A program made the translations under genes and the position numbers. Positions 12,217-24,635 of a stretch of DNA of 64,000 bases are shown piece after piece; position 1 is the first letter of the stretch; every line of letters starts with the position of its first letter. The notes below the pieces were generated by a model. The model did not search any database, was not told the DNA's origin, and saw only the letters and a program-made list of their open reading frames with translations. The stretch comes from Laetmonice hystrix. Taxonomy: Eukaryota. Location of the stretch: NCBI GenBank assembly GCA_965235115.1, contig OZ249436.1, forward strand, positions 21,950,001 through 22,014,000, written 5' to 3'.

Positions 12217-14204
12217 CAGTCTCGGTAACGCCAGACTCTCAGATAAGAGAGTCTGGGAGAGTTCCGATCTTTCATTGTTACCGCATGGTGGCGCGTCGAA
12301 CGTTTAGGAACATAAGCGGCTCGAGGAGGCCAGAGAAAAACAACCGACCTTTTCGCTTCACGAAAATTCGCTTGATAAAATTGCTCGACAAGACTACGTT
12401 TTACTAAGAAAAAGTCGTCATCATGTGTAAAATATGACTCTAGGCCCCCTATTTTGGCTATAGGCCTATAGGCCGACTGATTGCATTGTGCGGTGTAGAG
12501 CGAACACCTAGGCTGTGTGCATGTCAATTGTCCGTTGAAATTTGAAAAATCCTTAATACTATCTTACTCAGTTCCTAAAGTTCTATGGTTCATACAATAA
12601 AGTTAATTGCTTATCAAACGACATATAGGCCCACTAGCCTATATGTAGGTGACCGATTAAACAGACGCTGTCTCAGGTTTGGAAATATGTGATCTATGAT
12701 ATAGGCCCCTATGCCGTGCTGGGCAGTGGGCGGGCGCTTACTGGCTCACCCGCCGGGAGCGACCGGTGGGGGCCAGGGGCAGGGGAGCGAGGCGGCAGGC
12801 AGGCAAGACGCCAGAGTCCATGCAAGCAGGGATGATGCCGTCCTTGCAAAACGTCTCTAGACTAGAATATAAAACACACATTCCGCCCAATAGCGCTCCA
12901 ATATTAGTTACGGGTTTTCCTATTAAACCGAGGCTGTCTCAGGCTTGAAAATATGGCAGACTCTGACTGCGTAAGGTCAGACTTGCAGGCTCAGCCCGGC
13001 GGGAGTGACCGAGCCCGAGGTGGCGGCCGGCGCTGCAGGCGGGGTAGGCCTACCGAAGTCTGTGCATGCATGCACTCGGAACAGGTTTCTAGGTCATATC
13101 CGGAGGCGAAGCAGGCCTCGGATGTATGAAGCGGCCATTTTCCCGTTTTTCGTGCAAAGTAGTGTAAAGCGGTCGCACATGAACACAAGAGTAAATAGTC
13201 GACCCCTACGCACAGGCACATAGGCCTTGTTCAAATATAATTTCTCAGCATACCTATACCTCGAATTTTCTATCGTGGAGACAAAACAGTCTCTTCTTCA
13301 CCTGGGAGGAAACCCAGATATTCTGACTTTGTATAAAGTCCGACACTAGGGAGTTCTACATTTTCGGCACGGCGGCAGCGCGCGAGTTTGTTGTTTACAT
13401 CCGGGTCAGTGGTCCCGACCTAGCCACCCACCCACCCCACCCCCCAGCATGGCGACCTTCGTCGTACAGCCGAGATATGACGGAGTCAATCGTGGGTGAG
13501 CCGAGTGTGCATGCATGATGCCGCCGTTGGAGGCTTGTATAAAACGTCGCGAGAACGCTAAAACCAGCCGTTGATCAGCATGAGCAGACTTCCGCTAAAT
13601 TTGACCAATCGGCTGCAAGACGACCGGATGCAGAATTCCTGTAGCCTACTTTTTGAAAGCCGCTTATGTCTCGGAACAACGTCACAAACAGTAGATACAA
13701 AAGGTTATGATCCACTATTTATTTTCTTCTATAATTTAATGTAATGTTTTGGCCATTTTCAATGTTTAAAATAATTTCTGCGAATGTCTGCTTGGCATGG
13801 CAGGTTAGATATGCATGTTTCCGACAATAAAAACTCAATTTACGTATAGGTTGAATGATTAGATTTTATTTTATCGGAGCTTCTGTTACATGACCCCAGG
13901 TGGCACCACCAAATCGACCAGAATACAGGCCTGTGATACATAACATATTGGCTAAGATTTTCCAAGGAAAGTTAAGCAGATATTCTCTAATAATACACTG
14001 ATATTATTGATCATATAGTGAACTTTTTCTCTGTGGTATTTGATGAGCACATTCAGGGGGGTTATATCCATTCTTGGCCCTAGATACATTCACTCCATAC
14101 CTTTTTGAGGGACAACCAGCAGCCCATTGGCTAAATAGGGGGTCATGACCAAAAGCTTCCAGACCCTCTGCTAGGGCCGCTGAGGGTCTGGATAATCGAG
14201 ACTG
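12217..14204. mobile_element. Non-autonomous TIR transposon, 9-bp TSD (copy 3)
   Basis: Same as 4179-6166. Confidence 0.85.
13703..14150 (-). mobile_element. Solo KolobokP-like long direct repeat (copy 3)
   Basis: Same as 5665-6112. Confidence 0.88.
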
Positions 14205-14551
14205 GCCGGGGAGCGGTTTGACGCGTTGTCGCCAGACGGCCTTCAGTGCACAAGGCTATAGGTGGCGCTGTGGTCACCGTAAGTAAACCAAGGTATATGC
14301 TGATAACAGAAGTACATAAAAATATTAGCCTATGTTGTTTTATCATAACAAAGAAAAAGAAAAGTTCCTTCTTCTAAATCAGCATTTATTGTGAAAAATA
14401 GCAAGCTTGGATACCTTATCTCAGACCTAAGGCATTTTCCAGTAAGGACCCCCCCCCCCCCCAAATGAAACATTCGTAGATGAAAAGACACCATTCTGGA
14501 TGAGTTAGGTACTTGAACCACTCGACACTTCCCCTGTTCAGTAAATCAGAG

Positions 14552-14673
14552 AACTCACGTTTCTCCTCATTCCACGTATAAATCTTTCGCCTTTTACTAA
14601 AGATTTCCGTGGGGAGGAACATTACAATGAGTCTATAGACGAATTTTTGCATCCCTGCTCTAAGAGCGGGGTA
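14552..14673 (+). ncRNA. U5: U5 snRNA, variant a (intact, followed ~85 bp later by a truncated Tx1)
   Basis: Identical to 6513-6634. Confidence 0.95.
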
Positions 14674-14756
14674 AATGAATAATGAAGAATAGTCTCCTAA
14701 CGCAAACTGATTCAGACGAAGAATGTTGTTTATGAATAGGCCTAATTGGGATGGAA

Positions 14757-15319
14757 AATTTTATTCAATATTTTACCTCGGATGAGGGATCAGACACAAG
14801 GTCTAGTGTTACTTCTCTTAAATTGTTTTAAGAGGGAGGTCTGGCATCATCGTAATAGGGTTAAGTTGGGCTTGGCCAGACCTAACCCTGAGAGAGTGTG
14901 GTCGGCCCTGATGGCAGGGCTCAAGTGGAGGTTTTCTATTGATGTGTGTCGCCCTCAAAATACAAAATGGGTAGAAGCATGGGCAGTTGGAAAGGTTTGT
15001 GCGGGAAAAGTGGGTGAGGAATTTGTCTTCCTCTTGTAGAATAGTTCACCCCCCTTTTTTTAAAGGATATGGTCGGTGCATATTGAAGGATTGTTGAAAT
15101 GGTGGAGTATTCCTTGAGTGTGCAGGTTTTAATGTTTGAGTGTTGCCACTTGGGAGTTTTTAACTAGTCAACTCTAGCCTTTTTCAATTTTCCTTTTGTA
15201 CTTAGTTTGCTCTTTACTATATTGTCCGGCATGTAGGCTTTAGGGTCTGGTGCCAGGGTTATCGTTAAGAGTAGTTATTGGTTTTTAGAGTCTTTTATAA
15301 ATAAAATAAAAAAAAAAAA
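14757..15319 (+). mobile_element. 5'-truncated Tx1-like copy B (~560 bp)
   Basis: Last ~93 codons of ORF2 + 3'UTR + poly(A); joined to the U5 3' flank through AAT microhomology. Confidence 0.93.
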
Positions 15320-15772
15320 GATTTCCGTGGGATTTGGAGAATACGGAGAATTTGGGTTGATTTGGATCGATCAGTTGTTAGCTTTTGGTGGTTTTCTCCT
15401 TTTGGAGTCGTAGGTTGGTCAGTTGACTTGAAACTACCCTTGGGACCGGGTCATAATAGGTCCTTGGTTTCGTTTCTAGGCTGACCTTTCATACTGTCCG
15501 CGGGACCCGGAATATAATAGGTCCTTTTCTATTTGCATCCGTGGGGACCCGGATTAAAATAGGTCTCTCGTTCGCTTGGGTATCTGGTGGTAGCTTCCAG
15601 CCCAACGTGATAATTCTTTATGTTAATCCGTAGAGGTCCGGAATAAAATAGGCCTCCTTTTCCTTTCCTTCTCTCTTCTTTCACCGTGTAAATGGTCTTA
15701 GTTGCCGTCACGGTGTAAGCCAACCTCTCCCCTTTTCAGTTAATTTTGTTTTCCGCCTGCCACTCCGGTGGC

Positions 15773-17359
15773 ATGGCGACAGGCATGGAATATGATTCTG
15801 ACGACACGGATTTGGCCCTGGTTATAGACGATAATATGGCTTCAACAACTTCTCCTCTACCTGTTGCGAGGAGCAGTCAGGTGGCAGAAACGTCGGGCGT
15901 ACAATCTGGAGGCATCTCCAAAGAGTTAGCCCATCATAGTTTTCAGAGGGATTTGATCTTGTCCTCTGATGAGGACGGATGGTCGGTCCAGAAAAAGAAA
16001 ACAAAAGGTGGTCGGAAGGTGGGAGGGAAAGTTTTCCCTACGTCGAAGCCAGATGGTGCGGCACCCCCATCCAAGACCGTTAAATTGAATTCAGGGCGCT
16101 CAAAGCCAGTAAAAGTATCGAGAGTAGGGCAAGACCCTGTCTTCCTGAAAAAAAACCTTCTCAATTGAGGAGCAAAGGGTAAGGGCTGAAAGCCTCATTG
16201 AGAGAAGTGCGGTTTTTAAGTTTGTTGACCGGGGTAGCCCCATCTTGCGGGATGATTTTGCGGAGCCCTTGTCGGCACTGATCGATCTAAAGGAAGTTTT
16301 GTTTTTGGCCAGTATAGGTCGGGGTGACGAGTGGCACGTTACCCTGACAAATACTGCAGCGAAGGCAGCCCTCTTAACGAGTGATGGGTTTTGTGTGGGG
16401 GGACGTAGGTGCTACGTCAAAGAGGATGACACGCTTAAGGGTCGAGGAGGGACTTTCTGCTACCCGGTAGTGCGTGTACATTGGAATAGTCCTTCTTTAC
16501 CTTTGAATGTCGTGCCAGATATCCTGGGGGTCCATGGTGACATAATATCTGATGTCTTTGAAGAGTCGTCATCATCGCGATTCCCAGGGGTGTTAACTGG
16601 GGTCCGCAAACTAGTGTTTAAAATCCCTACTAAAGATAAGAGAGCCTTTTTGGAGGATCTCCCACATTTGCTTCACCCTGAGTTTGATGGGGTGAAGTTT
16701 CGCTTGTTGGTGGTGGTCAACGGCCGGAAACCTTTGTGTTTGAGGTGCCAGAAGATGGGCCATCAATCCAAAAAATGCCTCGAGACTGAGTACTGTTCGT
16801 TTTGTCGTCTCTATGGCCATAGTACGGGGGTGTGTCCTAGGAAGGGTTCCTATGCGGCAAAGCTCTTAAGTGTCCCTCAGCAAGAGGCAGATCCTGTCCC
16901 GCCGGAAGTACCGGTGGTGGAGGACGAGACGCCGCAAGGTGCAGCGGAGGGTGGTCAACAGGCTGAGCCTGTTGAGGTCCCACAGGGAGGTGATGGTGGA
17001 GAGGAGTCCACTCCTATCGATTTGTCTAGCGAATCCATGGGACGGAAGTCTGAGCATCCCGTGCAAAAACATCAGGCCCCTATTAAAGTTTCCGAGGGCG
17101 ACGTGGAACCCCCCAACCCATTTTAGAGGGCGACGTACCTCAGAAACTCGAGCCGGCCCCTCAGCGGGCAAGTAGGAGATCGGATAGAGGGAAACGCTCT
17201 CATGTTCCCCAGGGAGCCGTAGCGGGAGCCTTGGCAGGGCTTGCTCCTAGAGAGACCTCAGCTCCGCCAACTCTGAGGGCGAAGCTAGAACCCCATCTTG
17301 GGCCCAAGAGTCTTTTGGGGGCAGAAGGGCTTAAAGAGGGCTCTTTCCAGCCTCCCTGA
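15773..17359 (+). pseudogene. ORF1 (gag-like, two CCHC knuckles) with two homopolymer frameshifts
   Basis: Aligns to the intact ORF1 at 24636-26222; extra base in the A-run near 16150 and one C fewer near 17110. Confidence 0.88.
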
Positions 17360-17457
17360 GTTTATCCATTTCTTAGGTCTTATCGCACATTTTAGTTAAA
17401 ATACCTTTTGAATCAATTATTTGCATTTCCAACGCCTGACAAATTACAAATTACCTG

Positions 17458-20400
17458 ATGGCGAAGTCGTTCAAAATCACTTCACTGAACTGTAAAGGGT
17501 TACAGAATCCTATAAAGTGTGATCTTTTGGGCAGTTATCTGGCCACTAGATCTTTTGATGTCCTGTTCCTACAAGAGACACATGTGGGTGGGGCAGAGGA
17601 TCAGGATCGTGTGGAGTCTGCCTGCGGTGGATCCGGTGTTTTTAGCTTTGGCCAGTCAGATAGTTCCGGAGTGGCGGTGATTTTTAGACGAGGCCTTGAG
17701 TATGACATTAAATCGTCTAGATGCGATGACAGTGGCAGGGTCACTTCAGTAGTGGCGGAAATAAATGGCCAGGTTTTTAATTTTATCAATATATACGCTC
17801 CAAATGTTGCTGTCCAGAGGAAAGCTTTTATTTCAGGCTTGGCTGACTTTGTCATGTTTGAAAGAGCTGTAATTTTGGCTGGAGATTTTAACTTTATAGA
17901 GGATGTCTTCATGGATAAGAAAGGTGGGCACCCAAAGAGAGGTCTGGGGGGCAAAGTGGAAATGGAGGCCCTGGCCGGCAGATTTAATTTATTGGATGTC
18001 TTCAGACATAAAAACCCGTCGAGAAAGGAATTCTCCTTTTCTGGGGCAGGAGTAGCCACCAGGCTTGACCGGTTTTATGTTACCAAGGATTTAGTCGAGA
18101 ATGTTGAGAATGTTGGGTATGTTCCCTGTTCGTATTCTGATCATAAGATAGTTGACATGCAGCTATCTTGGAAGAGTATATCTGAGGACTTTCGTCATTC
18201 AGGTCTTTGGAAATGTAATGTAACGGTTTTAAAGGATATTGATTTTGTGCGAGACATGGAAATGGAGTGGCAGGTTTTAAGCCAGTCCAAAGTCAAAGAT
18301 ATGGTTTGGTGGGAAGACTGTAAAGTCCGTTTTAAATCTTTAATAATTAAACATTCCAAGCGGTTGGCTCGACAACGTAGACAACATGTTTTGCAGCTTG
18401 AGAAGTCGATTCTTTTCTTTCAAGCATTGGCTGATGGGGGCTTGGAGGATTTGGAAGGTGTAGTAGATGGTCTTAAACTGGACTTGGAGCATTTGTTAGA
18501 AGAAAAACTGAAAGGGGCTAGGATAAGATCTCGTGTTCAACACGTGGAGAATGACGAAAAGCCTTCCCGTTTTTTCCTGAAGCAGGAGAAAATGAATGGA
18601 AGCGCGAAGGTTATTTCCGAACTAGAGGTTGAAGGTCGAGTCATAACTGATAAAATGGACATAGTGGCAGCTTGTCGTAACTTTTATAAATGTCTGTATA
18701 CGAAGGAAGACATTGATCGAGAGGTAGCACAGAAATACCTGGATTGTCTTCCTCGGTTGGCCTCTGAAGGTAGAGCAGGGTGCGAGGGGTTTTTAAGTAA
18801 GGAGGAAGTATTTTCTTCCCTAAAGTCCATGAAGGATGGGAAAAGTCCGGGTGAGGACGGCCTCCCCCAGGAATTTTATGTTGGATTTTTTCATCTGTTT
18901 GGTGGTGATTTAGTCAATGTTTTTAATCAAGCCTTTCACGCAGGCGTCTTAGGCGAGTCCCTTAGGACAGGAGTCATTAGATTGATCTGTAAAGATGTAA
19001 CAAAAAAAGAGAATTTAGGTTACTGGAGGCCTATTTCTCTTCTTAACACCGATTATAAACTTATTTCAAAGTCCATTTGTAATAGAATGGTCAAGGTTTT
19101 GGATGAAATAGTACATGAAGATCAGACGTGTGCCATTAAGGGAAGGACTATACATGATAGTTTACACTTAATTCGATCTGTCATTGACTATGCCAATGAC
19201 CATGATATACCGTGTGGGATTTTGAGTCTAGATCAGGAAAAGGCCTTTGATAGGGTTTCTCACGAGTTCCTTTTCATGGCTCTACGAAGTTATGGTTTTG
19301 GCCCCGATTTGATTAGATGGGTCCGCCTTTTGTATACGGACATTAGTTCAAGGGTGTTTGTCAATGGTATACTGTCAAATGAGTTTGAAGTCCAACGTTC
19401 GGTGAGACAAGGTTGTGGTCTGTCTCCCCTTTTATATGTTTTAGTTATCGAACCACTTGCAGTCATGATGAGAGCTGACTTCCGTATGGAAGGGCTCAAA
19501 ATCCCTGGCTCACCAAGGACGGTTCAACTTGTGCACTATGCCGACGACATGAACCCAGTTGTTACATCGGAGAGAGCAGTGAGAGTCGCTCTGGAAATTG
19601 TTAATGAGTTTGGGCGGGCATCTGGGGCCAAGCTTAACAGACGCAAGTCAAAAGGCATGTGGGTTGGGAAGTGGAGGCACCGAAAGGGTGTTTTGCATGG
19701 TATTGATTTTAGTTGCGAAAGTTTAAAGTGTCTGGGAGTAGTTTTTGGTAGACACCAAAGTGAGTGGCAAAAATTGAATTGGGAACCGCTGGTCGAGAAA
19801 TTGGCTAAAGTATTGGAAGGCTGGAAAGTTCGTAAAATGACGCTAGCAGGCAGAGCAGTTATTCTGAACACGGTGGCCTTATCCAAATTGTGGCACCAAG
19901 TCATTCATATGAATGATAAGTACATTAAGAAGTTCGAGCGTATTATCTACAAGTTTCTTTGGCCTGGTGGGGCGGAGAGGGTCCAACGAAGAGTCATGGT
20001 TCTGGATAGAGTCAGGGGAGGTGTTGGCCTCGTCGACCTTGGCTCGAAGTTGGAATCATTTCGAATTAGCCATATTGGCAAGTTATTGAGAAGCCAGCTA
20101 GCCCAGAAATGGTCCGAGTTTGCTGTTTTTTATTGTGGTTTTCAGTTGAGGGCAGAAAGGCCCGAGTTTGGGAGTAATTCTAGACCTCATGCTTGGAACA
20201 TTTCTCTCTTTTACGAAAGGTGTCTTCGGGAATGGAAGAAGTTTAATGAAAGTCAGAATGTCTCTTTGCAGAGCCTTACAAGTGGCGACATTTACAAAGT
20301 GTTGACCAAGAAATGGGTCATTGTGCCACTGGTTGCAACCAAGTCTGTGAACATTTTTGTTGATTTTAGTGTTTGTTGGAATAACTGTTGCCACTGGTTC

Positions 20401-20919
20401 CTCCCGTCGGAAATCAAAGAATTTGCCTGGCGGGTAGGGCAACATATACTCCCTGTTAATGACAAACTTCACAGGCACAACAAACGTTTACCTGTAAAGT
20501 GTGAACTATGTGGGGCGGGCAGGGAAACTTTAGATCACATTTTATTGCTGTGTCCAGTTGTACGTCCGGTTGCAAGGGAAGTGGAGGTCTTGATCTCAGA
20601 GATCTTGGATGCTCCATTTTTCCTGGACAGAGAAGTAATTTTATTCAATATTTTACCTCGGATGAGGGATCAGACACAAGGTCTAGTGTTACTTCTCTTA
20701 AATTGTTTTAAGAGGGAGGTCTGGCATCATCGTAATAGGGTTAAGTTGGGCTTGGCCAGACCTAACCCTGAGAGAGTGTGGTCGGCCCTGATGGCAGGGC
20801 TCAAGTGGAGGTTTTCTATTGATGTGTGTCGCCCTCAAAATACAAAATGGGTAGAAGCATGGGCAGTTGGAAAGGTTTGTGCGGGAAAAGTGGGTGAGGA
20901 ATTTGTCTTCCTCTTGTAG
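17458..20919 (+). CDS. ORF2 APE-RT, 1153 aa
   Basis: SLNCKGL, FLQETH, GDFN, SDH, QGCGLSP, YADD, C-terminal CCHC; lacks 2 residues (RG) relative to other copies. Confidence 0.96.
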   Translation: MAKSFKITSLNCKGLQNPIKCDLLGSYLATRSFDVLFLQETHVGGAEDQDRVESACGGSGVFSFGQSDSSGVAVIFRRGLEYDIKSSRCDDSGRVTSVVAEINGQVFNFINIYAPNVAVQRKAFISGLADFVMFERAVILAGDFNFIEDVFMDKKGGHPKRGLGGKVEMEALAGRFNLLDVFRHKNPSRKEFSFSGAGVATRLDRFYVTKDLVENVENVGYVPCSYSDHKIVDMQLSWKSISEDFRHSGLWKCNVTVLKDIDFVRDMEMEWQVLSQSKVKDMVWWEDCKVRFKSLIIKHSKRLARQRRQHVLQLEKSILFFQALADGGLEDLEGVVDGLKLDLEHLLEEKLKGARIRSRVQHVENDEKPSRFFLKQEKMNGSAKVISELEVEGRVITDKMDIVAACRNFYKCLYTKEDIDREVAQKYLDCLPRLASEGRAGCEGFLSKEEVFSSLKSMKDGKSPGEDGLPQEFYVGFFHLFGGDLVNVFNQAFHAGVLGESLRTGVIRLICKDVTKKENLGYWRPISLLNTDYKLISKSICNRMVKVLDEIVHEDQTCAIKGRTIHDSLHLIRSVIDYANDHDIPCGILSLDQEKAFDRVSHEFLFMALRSYGFGPDLIRWVRLLYTDISSRVFVNGILSNEFEVQRSVRQGCGLSPLLYVLVIEPLAVMMRADFRMEGLKIPGSPRTVQLVHYADDMNPVVTSERAVRVALEIVNEFGRASGAKLNRRKSKGMWVGKWRHRKGVLHGIDFSCESLKCLGVVFGRHQSEWQKLNWEPLVEKLAKVLEGWKVRKMTLAGRAVILNTVALSKLWHQVIHMNDKYIKKFERIIYKFLWPGGAERVQRRVMVLDRVRGGVGLVDLGSKLESFRISHIGKLLRSQLAQKWSEFAVFYCGFQLRAERPEFGSNSRPHAWNISLFYERCLREWKKFNESQNVSLQSLTSGDIYKVLTKKWVIVPLVATKSVNIFVDFSVCWNNCCHWFLPSEIKEFAWRVGQHILPVNDKLHRHNKRLPVKCELCGAGRETLDHILLLCPVVRPVAREVEVLISEILDAPFFLDREVILFNILPRMRDQTQGLVLLLLNCFKREVWHHRNRVKLGLARPNPERVWSALMAGLKWRFSIDVCRPQNTKWVEAWAVGKVCAGKVGEEFVFLL

Positions 20920-21203
20920 AATAGTTCACCCCCCCTTTTTTTTAAAGGATATGGTCGGTGCATATTGAAGGATTGTTGAAATGGTGGAGTATTCCTTGAG
21001 TGTGCAGGTTTTAATGTTTGAGTGTTGCCACTTGGGAGTTTTTAACTAGTCAACTCTAGCCTTTTTCAATTTTCCTTTTGTACTTAGTTTGCTCTTTACT
21101 ATATTGTCCGGCATGTAGGCTTTAGGGTCTGGTGCCAGGGTTATCGTTAAGAGTAGTTATTGGTTTTTAGAGTCTTTTATAAATAAAAAAAAAAAAAAAA
21201 AAA

Positions 21204-21278
21204 AAAGATTTCCGTGGGGAGGAACATTACAATGAGTCTATAGACGAATTTTTGCATCCCTGCTCTCAGAGCGGGGTA
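21204..21278 (+). pseudogene. U5 snRNA 3' half (variant b)
   Basis: Follows the poly(A) of copy C. Confidence 0.93.
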
Positions 21279-21796
21279 ATTAAAAAAGGAAGAATAGTCT
21301 CCTAACGCAAACTGATTCAGACGACGAATGTTGTTTGTAAATAGGCCTAAATAAGATGGAAAAACAAAAATTGTAACATAGTAAATGAAGAAATTAAGGT
21401 TACCGCAAGGAAATATATTCCAGTGGTTTCAGAATTATTTTAGGAACATCTCCTCAAAGAGTGGGGAATTTAATGCAAAGGAACTGCATGTTCTGCCTGA
21501 AGGCGGCATTATGTACACGTTACAGGTATAAAATGTTTTCTTTTTATTATAAATGGTTATTCTGCCTGGAAAGAAACAAATAACACAAACACGTAATGGG
21601 CCCCCGGACGGGCGCGTTGGCAACAGAGGTAGACCTACCTGCCTGTTGTCCAAAAGATTACCTATAAATAAATTTTGCAGTTCTTGTTAAAAGGAGACTG
21701 CGCTTCAAGATACTCTATTCTTAGCATATTTTGTCATTTGATCTGGGCCATGGCACAAATTGGGCGCTTTTGCTGTGCAATAAGTCGGCCGGGGAG

Positions 21797-23784
21797 CAGT
21801 CTCGGTAACGCCAGACTCTCAGATAAGAGAGTCTGGGAGAGTTCCGATCTTTCATTGTTACCGCATGGTGGCGCGTCGAACGTTTAGGAACATAAGCGGC
21901 TCGAGGAGGCCAGAGAAAAACAACCGACCTTTTCGCTTCACGAAAATTCGCTTGATAAAATTGCTCGACAAGACTACGTTTTACTAAGAAAAAGTCGTCA
22001 TCATGTGTAAAATATGACTCTAGGCCCCCTATTTTGGCTATAGGCCTATAGGCCGACTGATTGCATTGTGCGGTGTAGAGCGAACACCTAGGCTGTGTGC
22101 ATGTCAATTGTCCGTTGAAATTTGAAAAATCCTTAATACTATCTTACTCAGTTCCTAAAGTTCTATGGTTCATACAATAAAGTTAATTGCTTATCAAACG
22201 ACATATAGGCCCACTAGCCTATATGTAGGTGACCGATTAAACAGACGCTGTCTCAGGTTTGGAAATATGTGATCTATGATATAGGCCCCTATGCCGTGCT
22301 GGGCAGTGGGCGGGCGCTTACTGGCTCACCCGCCGGGAGCGACCGGTGGGGGCCAGGGGCAGGGGAGCGAGGCGGCAGGCAGGCAAGACGCCAGAGTCCA
22401 TGCAAGCAGGGATGATGCCGTCCTTGCAAAACGTCTCTAGACTAGAATATAAAACACACATTCCGCCCAATAGCGCTCCAATATTAGTTACGGGTTTTCC
22501 TATTAAACCGAGGCTGTCTCAGGCTTGAAAATATGGCAGACTCTGACTGCGTAAGGTCAGACTTGCAGGCTCAGCCCGGCGGGAGTGACCGAGCCCGAGG
22601 TGGCGGCCGGCGCTGCAGGCGGGGTAGGCCTACCGAAGTCTGTGCATGCATGCACTCGGAACAGGTTTCTAGGTCATATCCGGAGGCGAAGCAGGCCTCG
22701 GATGTATGAAGCGGCCATTTTCCCGTTTTTCGTGCAAAGTAGTGTAAAGCGGTCGCACATGAACACAAGAGTAAATAGTCGACCCCTACGCACAGGCACA
22801 TAGGCCTTGTTCAAATATAATTTCTCAGCATACCTATACCTCGAATTTTCTATCGTGGAGACAAAACAGTCTCTTCTTCACCTGGGAGGAAACCCAGATA
22901 TTCTGACTTTGTATAAAGTCCGACACTAGGGAGTTCTACATTTTCGGCACGGCGGCAGCGCGCGAGTTTGTTGTTTACATCCGGGTCAGTGGTCCCGACC
23001 TAGCCACCCACCCACCCCACCCCCCAGCATGGCGACCTTCGTCGTACAGCCGAGATATGACGGAGTCAATCGTGGGTGAGCCGAGTGTGCATGCATGATG
23101 CCGCCGTTGGAGGCTTGTATAAAACGTCGCGAGAACGCTAAAACCAGCCGTTGATCAGCATGAGCAGACTTCCGCTAAATTTGACCAATCGGCTGCAAGA
23201 CGACCGGATGCAGAATTCCTGTAGCCTACTTTTTGAAAGCCGCTTATGTCTCGGAACAACGTCACAAACAGTAGATACAAAAGGTTATGATCCACTATTT
23301 ATTTTCTTCTATAATTTAATGTAATGTTTTGGCCATTTTCAATGTTTAAAATAATTTCTGCGAATGTCTGCTTGGCATGGCAGGTTAGATATGCATGTTT
23401 CCGACAATAAAAACTCAATTTACGTATAGGTTGAATGATTAGATTTTATTTTATCGGAGCTTCTGTTACATGACCCCAGGTGGCACCACCAAATCGACCA
23501 GAATACAGGCCTGTGATACATAACATATTGGCTAAGATTTTCCAAGGAAAGTTAAGCAGATATTCTCTAATAATACACTGATATTATTGATCATATAGTG
23601 AACTTTTTCTCTGTGGTATTTGATGAGCACATTCAGGGGGGTTATATCCATTCTTGGCCCTAGATACATTCACTCCATACCTTTTTGAGGGACAACCAGC
23701 AGCCCATTGGCTAAATAGGGGGTCATGACCAAAAGCTTCCAGACCCTCTGCTAGGGCCGCTGAGGGTCTGGATAATCGAGACTG
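21797..23784. mobile_element. Non-autonomous TIR transposon, 9-bp TSD (copy 4)
   Basis: Same as 4179-6166. Confidence 0.85.
23283..23730 (-). mobile_element. Solo KolobokP-like long direct repeat (copy 4)
   Basis: Same as 5665-6112. Confidence 0.88.
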
Positions 23785-24131
23785 GCCGGGGAGCGGTTTG
23801 ACGCGTTGTCGCCAGACGGCCTTCAGTGCACAAGGCTATAGGTGGCGCTGTGGTCACCGTAAGTAAACCAAGGTATATGCTGATAACAGAAGTACATAAA
23901 AATATTAGCCTATGTTGTTTTATCATAACAAAGAAAAAGAAAAGTTCCTTCTTCTAAATCAGCATTTATTGTGAAAAATAGCAAGCTTGGATACCTTATC
24001 TCAGACCTAAGGCATTTTCCAGTAAGGACCCCCCCCCCCCCCAAATGAAACATTCGTAGATGAAAAGACACCATTCTGGATGAGTTAGGTACTTGAACCA
24101 CTCGACACTTCCCCTGTTCAGTAAATCAGAG

Positions 24132-24194
24132 AACTCACGTTTCTCCTCATTCCACGTATAAATCTTTCGCCTTTTACTAAAGATTTCCGTGGGG
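24132..24194 (+). pseudogene. U5 snRNA 5' part (nt ~1-63, upstream region intact), interrupted by Tx1 copy D
   Basis: AACTCACG...GCCTTTTACTAAAGATTTCCGTGGGG then Tx1 5'UTR; remainder of the gene at 30074-30148. Confidence 0.95.
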
Positions 24195-24635
24195 ATTTGG
24201 AGAATACGGAGAATTTGGGTTCATTTGGATCGATCAGTTGTTAGCTTTTGGTGGTTTTCTCCTTTTGGAGTCGTAGGTTGGTCAGTTGCCTTGAAACTAC
24301 CCTTGGGACCGGGTCATAATAGGTCCTTGGTTTCGTTTCTAGGCTGACCTTTCATACTGTCCGCGGGACCCGGAATATAATAGGTCCTTTTCTATTTGCA
24401 TCCGTGGGGACCCGGATTAAAATAGGTCTCTCGTTCGCTTGGGTATCTGGTGGTAGCTTCCAGCCCAACGTGATAATTCTTTATGTTAATCCGTAGAGGT
24501 CCGGAATAAAATAGGCCTCCTTTTCCTTTCCTTCTCTCTTCTTTCACCGTGTAAATGGTCTTAGTTGCCGTCACGGTGTAAGCCAACCTCTCCCCTTTTC
24601 AGTTAATTTTGTTTTCCGCCTGCCACCCCGGTGGC

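Larger units (their letters stand above)
3586..14759 (+). repeat. Tandem U5 snRNA array, ~4.02-kb unit (two U5 variants per unit), ~2.8 units
   Basis: Sequence recurs at offsets 4020/4018 with only a few SNPs and C-run length differences; a further partial unit at 21204-24194. Confidence 0.97.
15332..21206 (+). mobile_element. Full-length Tx1-like copy C (ORF1 frameshifted, ORF2 open)
   Basis: 5'UTR (G)ATTTGGAGAATACGG, ORF1, ORF2, 3'UTR, poly(A); AAAGATTTCCGTGGG on both sides. Confidence 0.95.

Noticed and set aside
14746..15039. 97-aa ORF MGWKILFN... (also 30221-30514) as a separate gene
   Set aside because: Chance fusion of U5 flank (TTG start) to the ORF2 C-terminus of a truncated copy
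15538..15547. TCCGTGGGGA in the Tx1 5'UTR matching the U5 target
   Set aside because: Only 10 bp, lacks the AAAGATT part, and no insertion is seen there; probably coincidental
17601..20478. Antisense ORFs within ORF2 copies and within the gypsy pol
   Set aside because: Shadow frames of long coding sequences; no independent support
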